Source: an uncultured virus (IMG/VR IMGVR_UViG_3300020409_000013) (Duplodnaviria; Heunggongvirae; Uroviricota; Caudoviricetes; Kyanoviridae). From it: a stretch of 64,000 nt of DNA. Position numbers and translations under genes: made by a program. Location of the stretch: the IMG/VR virus record IMGVR_UViG_3300020409_000013. One strand, 5' to 3'. Shown in pieces: positions 57,658 through 64,000 of the stretch (the first letter of the stretch is position 1; each line of letters starts with the position of its first letter). The notes under the pieces were generated by a model. That model searched no databases, had not been told where the DNA came from, and saw nothing but the letters and a program-made list of their open reading frames with translations.

Positions 57658-59234
57658 CCGCTACAGCATCCTACGACTCAGGCACGAAAATACTCGCCGT
57701 AACTGGTGACGGACTTCCCGATCCAGTTAGTTACGGCACCTTTCCTAACCTAAACAATCCTAACGCAGTTACTGAGCAGGCATTTAGTCACTCATTTACT
57801 TATCGTGGTGGTGAGTTTGGTATAGAAAGGACTTTTGATGACAACACTTATTTTCAAAGTGGATTTGTTATCTCTATTAATCTTTCACTTACTGACAATG
57901 GATTATTTTCTTCCCAAACTATTGCTCCTGGCGATCATTTATTCTTTATCTTCAGTGATGGTAGGAAGCAACGATTTATATTTAGAGGGACAACGTTTAC
58001 GTCCATTGCAGGGGAATGCTGGCTCGCTACAGACAATAGATTAGATCTTATTGTTGCAGATTCACAAACAATACCAACAGGCACATACACATATTACGAT
58101 CAAAGAAATGGAAGAATAGAAACACCACTTGGTGCTATAGGTATTGCTGCTAATGGTGTTGTATTTTTCAATCCTAGTGCAGGAAATGGAGGCAACCCTC
58201 CTGTTGGATTTAATTGGAATGCACATTATGAAAACTCACCTGTAGATTTTGGAGATGACTCTTGTGGAGGACATCCAGAAAATACAGGACAATATCACTA
58301 TCATGATAGTCATTTTATAGATTGCTATAAGGCAAATTCTGCCATGGCAAACTATAACGATTACTATGGTAGTAGTCAGTTTAACGGTGACAATATGCGT
58401 CACCCTGACGGACATTCAAAAATCCTAGGATACTGTTTTGATGGTTTCCCTATTTACGGTCCTTATGCATATGATGTGCCGTTTACAGCATCACAAACAA
58501 CTAGAAATATGACATCTAGTTATAGGACAAGAAATATTGAAGTGGAGAATAGACCTGATTATGGCACCACAGCACAAAACCCTCCTGCAGGATCATTGAT
58601 ACAGGACTGGGAATATGTTGATGGTGTAGGTGATTTGGATATGCACAATGGAAGATTCTGTGTAACACCAGAGTTTCCAAATGGGACTTATGCATACTTT
58701 ATCTCTATTGATGGAAACGGTGATCCTACATTTCCTTACATGGTTGGATCATTTAGTAGAGAGAGTTTAAGTCAACCTGCTAATAACGGAGCAGCAGCAC
58801 CTCCTCCACCTCCTGCGGGAGATGGTGGTGCACCACCTGTTACACCTACGTTGCAGATTACTGCTCAACCTCAGAGCTCTACTGCAGCAGTCAACACAAC
58901 TGTTACATTCACAGTCCAAGCACAGGTGTCACCAATACCTGGACCTATCTCATATCAGTGGTATAGATCAACTGACGATGGATTTGCATATGCTGCAGTT
59001 ACTGGAGCTACAAGTAATTCCTTGTCATTTACTGCATTGGGTTACATGTCCAACTACAAATATAAGGTTGAGTTACGAGGACCTGCACCTGCAAATAATG
59101 CAAGTAACTCACCATTGATGTCTTCTGTTGCAACACTGACAGTAACAGGATTAGGCGGTGGACAAGGTGATACTGACTTCTCATCTACCGCAGTGAAGTA
59201 TGACACTACGACAGTTACATATGATGCGACCTAA
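57654..59234 (+). CDS. YHYH-domain virion protein with C-terminal Ig-like domain
   Basis: 'GAIGIAANGV', 'GGHP...GQYHYH', 'DGFPIYGPY', 'DLD.HNGRFCVTPEFPNGTYAYF', 'ITAQPQS...SYQWY'. Confidence 0.8.
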   Translation: MTATASYDSGTKILAVTGDGLPDPVSYGTFPNLNNPNAVTEQAFSHSFTYRGGEFGIERTFDDNTYFQSGFVISINLSLTDNGLFSSQTIAPGDHLFFIFSDGRKQRFIFRGTTFTSIAGECWLATDNRLDLIVADSQTIPTGTYTYYDQRNGRIETPLGAIGIAANGVVFFNPSAGNGGNPPVGFNWNAHYENSPVDFGDDSCGGHPENTGQYHYHDSHFIDCYKANSAMANYNDYYGSSQFNGDNMRHPDGHSKILGYCFDGFPIYGPYAYDVPFTASQTTRNMTSSYRTRNIEVENRPDYGTTAQNPPAGSLIQDWEYVDGVGDLDMHNGRFCVTPEFPNGTYAYFISIDGNGDPTFPYMVGSFSRESLSQPANNGAAAPPPPPAGDGGAPPVTPTLQITAQPQSSTAAVNTTVTFTVQAQVSPIPGPISYQWYRSTDDGFAYAAVTGATSNSLSFTALGYMSNYKYKVELRGPAPANNASNSPLMSSVATLTVTGLGGGQGDTDFSSTAVKYDTTTVTYDAT

Positions 59235-59259
59235 ATAACACTGTAGAAAACTACCTGCC

Positions 59260-60735
59260 ATGGCTAAGCAAAATCTAAACGTTGGATCATCAGCGAATGA
59301 CGGCACAGGTGATACCCTGAGAGATGGTGCTATCAAATTGAATAGCGTCATTGATGAGTTGTATACCAACCTAGGAAATGATACCAACTTACAAGTTAAT
59401 ATCGGAGCACCTGTAAACGATCAAGTGTTGCGATGGACTGGCACGGCATTTACTGAAGCACATCTCGACTCATTGAGTGCTGATCTTAATGTAAAAGCAT
59501 ATAAAATTATTTCTGAGAATAACGAGAATATTGTTATTGAGCCTAATGGCACTGGTGATCTACAATTTAAGGCAGGTAGTCAAGGTGCAGCAAAGGTTTA
59601 TATTGACGGTGCAGATGGATATCTAAAGTATGAAGGATCATATTCAGCACTCGGAGATCTTCCTACTGCTGCAGATCATCATGGTATGTTTGCTCATGTA
59701 CATGCTGAGGGTAAAGGTTATTTTGCACATGGTGGAAACTGGATCTCACTACTAGACGCCAATGATGGTATTTCTTCTCTGACAGACGTTGACACCACTG
59801 TAAATGGCGGACCTTCAAATGATCAAGTCCTCAAGTGGAATGCAAGCACATCTAAGTGGGAGCCTGGTAATGACGCTACTGCAAGTGGTGGCGGTGGCAC
59901 TACACAAAACTTGTTTGAGACGTTTACAGGAGACAGTGGCACAACTACTGCATCTGCAGCAAACGACACGTTTAATATCGTAGGTGGCACAAACATCTCT
60001 ACTGCATTGGTAGGAGATACTCTTACAATTACTATGACAGGAGCACTTGGTGATCCTGATCAAAATTTATTTGAAACATTTGGTGCTGACAATGGTAGCA
60101 CAACTGCAACAGTAACTACTGACACTCTTAACTTCTTGGGTGGATCAGGTATTAGCACTAACCTCAATGCAGGTGCTATTACTATCACTAATGACTCTCC
60201 CAACATTGTCCAGAATGTAATCCAATCAATCTCAGGAGATAGTGGCACTGTAACTGCTGCATCTTCTACTGCAGGTGTAACTATTGCGGGTGGCACAGGT
60301 ATTACGACAGCAGTTAGTGGATCAACTCTTACAATTACAAACACTGCATCATTCCCATCTGCAAATGAGAATGACAACCTTGTATATGACGGTAGTCAAT
60401 TCATTGCAACTGAATCACCAACCATTAGTTTTAGAATCACTAGTGATCTTTCTAACGGTTATAGATTCGATGGTGGTGGTGTCCCATCTAATACAAATAA
60501 TCCAACAATATATGTCTATCGTGGATTTACCTATAGATTCAACAACACTACTGGTGGAGGTCACCCATTTGCTCTAAGACAGAGCGACGGTGGATCTGCT
60601 GTTACTGACGGTGTAAGTGGATCACAATCAGGTATCCAATTCTGGACAGTGCCTCAGACTCTTAGTGCAGGCACAACTTATGTTTATCAGTGCACCATTC
60701 ATGGTGGCATGGTAGGTAATCTCGTAGTGGTTTAA
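59260..60735 (+). CDS. gp9: gp9/gp10-like baseplate tail-fibre connector with C-terminal cupredoxin-like domain
   Basis: N-terminal 'MAKQ.LNVG..ANDGTGDTLRDG..KLN', C-terminal 'HPF...YQCTIHGGMVG'. Late promoter at 59232. Confidence 0.65.
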   Translation: MAKQNLNVGSSANDGTGDTLRDGAIKLNSVIDELYTNLGNDTNLQVNIGAPVNDQVLRWTGTAFTEAHLDSLSADLNVKAYKIISENNENIVIEPNGTGDLQFKAGSQGAAKVYIDGADGYLKYEGSYSALGDLPTAADHHGMFAHVHAEGKGYFAHGGNWISLLDANDGISSLTDVDTTVNGGPSNDQVLKWNASTSKWEPGNDATASGGGGTTQNLFETFTGDSGTTTASAANDTFNIVGGTNISTALVGDTLTITMTGALGDPDQNLFETFGADNGSTTATVTTDTLNFLGGSGISTNLNAGAITITNDSPNIVQNVIQSISGDSGTVTAASSTAGVTIAGGTGITTAVSGSTLTITNTASFPSANENDNLVYDGSQFIATESPTISFRITSDLSNGYRFDGGGVPSNTNNPTIYVYRGFTYRFNNTTGGGHPFALRQSDGGSAVTDGVSGSQSGIQFWTVPQTLSAGTTYVYQCTIHGGMVGNLVVV

Positions 60736-62579
60736 TGGCAAGAACAGTTCCTGGCTCTGGTGCAATTATTCAGCCTGAATTCAACAGTGTGTTTGGAGTC
60801 AGGGCGATTGCTGTTGTCGATGGCGGGGACGGTTATGATGCAAACGATCCACCAAAGTTAACTGTCCAAAACTGTGGCACCCCTTTGAGGGAAGCAGTAT
60901 TAAGACCTATAATCCAAGATAGTAGAATACTTGCTGTTGAGATCTTAGATCCTGGTGAAGGATATGACCCTCTACGTTTAAAGATTGATTCAACAGATGC
61001 AGGTAGTGTTGGTGCACGAGGCAAAGTTTTTCTAAATGAGACTGGTGGAATTGATTATATCCAGATGACAACTCTGGGTGATAATTATTTTGATGGCACT
61101 AGTGCTGTCATTGAAGGTGGCGGTGGATCTGGATCAGAATTAGTCCCTGTCACTGGTGGTGTAACAGGTCTGGTTATTACCAGAGAAGGTAGAAACTATG
61201 ACCTTAATGATGCTAACGTTGTTATTTCTGGTGGTGGCGGTGGTGATGGTGCAACAGGTACTGTTACACCCAACCAATTTGGTAAAGTTACATCTATTAC
61301 CCTAACAAATCAGGGTGAATTCTTTGAGACTGCACCTATTGTGCAAATCATTGGTGGTGGAGGAAAGGGTGCTGCAGCAAATGCAACCATTGACCTTGGT
61401 GCTATTACCAGTATAGATCTTACTAACAAAGGTAATGGATATACTAATAGTCCTAAAGTTGTATTTGCTAGAGATACCAACCTCATTCGTAAACAACGCA
61501 ATAGGCAAAGTCTTAATAGTGTTGTTTATAATCTTACTGGTCTCATTTCAGATGTGGCACCTAGTGATGACACCATTAATGTTGAGACTACAGCAGCGTA
61601 TCCTGGCTCAGGTAAATTCTTGGTTGGGAAGGAAATCGTCAGATACACTGGTAAAACATCAACCTCCTTTACTGGACTCGACAGGGGTATCAACTTTAGA
61701 TTTGATCAAAAAGTTATTCTTGACAACTTGCAAGACGATGCTAATGGAGTTTCGCAGTATTCGTTTGAGGTTACCGACCAAGTAAAACGTTTTGTTGCTA
61801 GTGCTACTAGTAGGGTTGCCATTGTTTACGACTGGGATCCTGTAGCACATGCTCTATTTCTAACCTTTGAGGTTGACGAGCTAGCATTTATTGATGGTGG
61901 TAATTCATCTGATAAGACTGCATCGATTCAATTTGTTGCAGGTAGTGCACAATCTAGTGGCACAGGTGTATCACCACACGTTATTATTGATAGTGCAGGT
62001 AACGACATTGTTACTTTTACAGATCCTTTATCAGTAATCTTAAACAAAGCGTTTGAGGATGATGATGAATTAGACGGAGTAGGTGACGGTATTATTGACC
62101 TCGTAAATACTGGCACAGAATTTGAAAATGATATCAACCTAGACGGTGGTATCGCATCATCTAAATATGGTATTGAGGAAGAATTAGGTGGACAGAATAT
62201 CACCTTATTCCAAGCTGCGGACAAACTATACGACGGAAATAGTCCACCGCAACTTGCAACTGTTGTTACTGCAGGCGTTTTGGGTGACGGAGACACCCAT
62301 CAATCCTTCGGTGCAATGACTGTAAGAAATAGAAACACAACAGCGTATTCTCTTAACGAAATTGTAACTGGTCAATCGACTGGTGTTACTGCAACCTTTA
62401 AAGGTATAACAGCAGGCGAGAGAGATGGTGAATTTATTATCAATGTTGAATCTATAACCCCATCAAACACAAATAATAAGTTTAGTGCGGGCGAAACCAT
62501 ACAAGGTCAAGGATCAGGTGCAACAAGCACACACATCTTTACTGAGTATACAACCAGAGTCCGAAATGAGGACGATTAA
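60735..62579 (+). CDS. Virion structural protein with 'I.V...G.GY...P' repeats
   Basis: Repeats shared with the gp7-like protein; lies between the gp9-like gene and gp8. Confidence 0.65.
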   Translation: MARTVPGSGAIIQPEFNSVFGVRAIAVVDGGDGYDANDPPKLTVQNCGTPLREAVLRPIIQDSRILAVEILDPGEGYDPLRLKIDSTDAGSVGARGKVFLNETGGIDYIQMTTLGDNYFDGTSAVIEGGGGSGSELVPVTGGVTGLVITREGRNYDLNDANVVISGGGGGDGATGTVTPNQFGKVTSITLTNQGEFFETAPIVQIIGGGGKGAAANATIDLGAITSIDLTNKGNGYTNSPKVVFARDTNLIRKQRNRQSLNSVVYNLTGLISDVAPSDDTINVETTAAYPGSGKFLVGKEIVRYTGKTSTSFTGLDRGINFRFDQKVILDNLQDDANGVSQYSFEVTDQVKRFVASATSRVAIVYDWDPVAHALFLTFEVDELAFIDGGNSSDKTASIQFVAGSAQSSGTGVSPHVIIDSAGNDIVTFTDPLSVILNKAFEDDDELDGVGDGIIDLVNTGTEFENDINLDGGIASSKYGIEEELGGQNITLFQAADKLYDGNSPPQLATVVTAGVLGDGDTHQSFGAMTVRNRNTTAYSLNEIVTGQSTGVTATFKGITAGERDGEFIINVESITPSNTNNKFSAGETIQGQGSGATSTHIFTEYTTRVRNEDD

Positions 62580-62616
62580 AAACTCCATAAATAAAGTGTG
62601 GGAGACCTATAGCTAA

Positions 62617-64000
62617 ATGGCACTATTAACCGACCAGTTTAGAATTTTTACTGCCAAGAGATTCATTAAATCTCTGGAAGGTCCTGATTCGGCTCAGTCC
62701 GACTTACTTGCAGGATCTGCCAGAGATAGACTGTATGTATTCATTGGCAGACCTCAAAGCTGGGACAATGAGAATGACCCACCTGATCCAACAGATTCGC
62801 TGCAAGAATTTGCTGACAACTTCTCTGACATGATCTCCCTTAAGAGGGTATTGGCAAACGATACTATTCAAGTTGTCCGTCGTATCAACTGGATCCCACC
62901 CGAGCAAACCACTGGTGGATTGGGTTACGTTTACGACATGTATAGACATGATTATTCAGCCACTAAGACTGCTGCGTCTGGTGCGACGAAGTTGTATGAC
63001 GCTGACTTCTACGTTGTCAACTCTAGTTACCAAGTATATAAGTGCATATTCAACGGCACAAGTCCTTCTGATCCTAACGGTAAACCTTCTACTGTTGAGC
63101 CTACTGGCACCTCCACATCTATTATTACGACTGCCGATGGCTATCGTTGGAAGTATCTTTATACTATCCCTGTGGGGCAAGTCCTAAAATTCTTCTCTAA
63201 CGAATACATGCCAGTGTTGGAAGATACTGCTGTTATCTCTGATGCTGTTGGAGGAGAGATTGACACAGTTATTATCGGATCTTCAGGTACTGGTTATAAC
63301 AACGGCACCTACGAAAACGTCCCTATTAAAGGAGATGGCGTTGGTGGACGTGTATCGCTAGTGGTTGACGGTGGTAAACTTGTTACTGCTACTGTTACAT
63401 CTGGTGGATCTGGATATACATTCGGGACAGTTGTTATCGATGAGATCAACGGTATCGGAGCAGGAGCAGGATCTGGTGCATCTGTTGAGGTTATCATTCC
63501 TCCATCTGTAGGTCATGGTGCAGCACCTGACACAGAGTTGGGTGGATATCGTGTGATGATTAACACCAAGTTTACATACGCTGAGGGATCTGGTGACTTC
63601 CCAACTGATAACGACTATCGTCGTATTGGTTTGTTGCTCAATCCATTCAGATATGGCACAAATGAATTGACTGCAGAATTAACTTTGTCAGGCACAAAGG
63701 CAGTTATTTTCTCTCCAACATTTACAGGAAACTATAGCACAGACGAGATCGTAACACAGTCTAGGACTGTTGGTGGTCAGCAGGTTACTGCTAGAGGTCG
63801 TGTTGTTTCTTGGAATAGCACTACAAAAGTATTGAAGTATTACCAGAATAGAATCGACGGAATCTTCCCTGAGATTACTGGTAGTTTGACTGAGTTTGAT
63901 GGAGGTAACCCAGTAGTGGGATCTATCTCAGGTACATCAGGTGACCCAGACATTAACTTCCCTATTGTCTCTGGATCCTCTACCAGAGTCATTAACAACA
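62617..64000 (+). CDS. gp8: Baseplate wedge subunit gp8 (3' truncated)
   Basis: Not in the ORF track (no stop in window). MALLTDQFRI...YVFIGRPQSW...MISLKRV...VVRRINW...YDMYRHDYS...YKCI.NG...DGYRWKYLYTI. TAAATA at 62588. Confidence 0.9.
   Translation, partial: MALLTDQFRIFTAKRFIKSLEGPDSAQSDLLAGSARDRLYVFIGRPQSWDNENDPPDPTDSLQEFADNFSDMISLKRVLANDTIQVVRRINWIPPEQTTGGLGYVYDMYRHDYSATKTAASGATKLYDADFYVVNSSYQVYKCIFNGTSPSDPNGKPSTVEPTGTSTSIITTADGYRWKYLYTIPVGQVLKFFSNEYMPVLEDTAVISDAVGGEIDTVIIGSSGTGYNNGTYENVPIKGDGVGGRVSLVVDGGKLVTATVTSGGSGYTFGTVVIDEINGIGAGAGSGASVEVIIPPSVGHGAAPDTELGGYRVMINTKFTYAEGSGDFPTDNDYRRIGLLLNPFRYGTNELTAELTLSGTKAVIFSPTFTGNYSTDEIVTQSRTVGGQQVTARGRVVSWNSTTKVLKYYQNRIDGIFPEITGSLTEFDGGNPVVGSISGTSGDPDINFPIVSGSSTRVINN

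Noticed and set aside
824..63497. Minus-strand and nested alternative-frame ORFs in the ORF track
   Set aside because: Almost all are shadows of longer + strand genes with no recognisable motifs; the coupled + strand genes tile the window.

Overview
This is a 64 kb segment of a T4-like (myovirus) marine phage genome, most consistent with a large cyanomyovirus of the P-SSM2/S-SSM7 type. That assignment rests on gene content and order, not on a database search. Essentially all real genes are on the + strand. 1-6.5 kb: virion/tail-fibre genes, including three tandem Gly/His-rich paralogues. 6.5-14.2 kb: a tightly coupled enzyme island with two flavin-dependent (PrnA-like) halogenases, four Fe(II)/2OG-type oxygenases, a JmjC/cupin and a DUF6065-like protein. 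14.7-27.4 kb: an early, host-takeover-type region of small ORFs punctuated by about 10 copies of a fixed-geometry palindrome plus -10 promoter element. It also holds an SF2 helicase, a candidate PD-(D/E)xK nuclease coupled to a beta-class DNA methyltransferase, a second methyltransferase and three more oxygenases. 27.5-64 kb: a late baseplate module (NlpC/P60, PAAR-like, gp25, gp6, a 7343-aa gp7-like giant, YHYH protein, gp9-like, gp8). Best leads: the halogenase/oxygenase island beside the Gly/His-rich fibre trio, a possible phage-borne type II R-M pair, apparent avoidance of GAAC/GTTC/GTAC and GGCC with abundant GATC, and a small promoter-driven hairpin RNA ending in ACCA. All motif and composition calls were made by eye.
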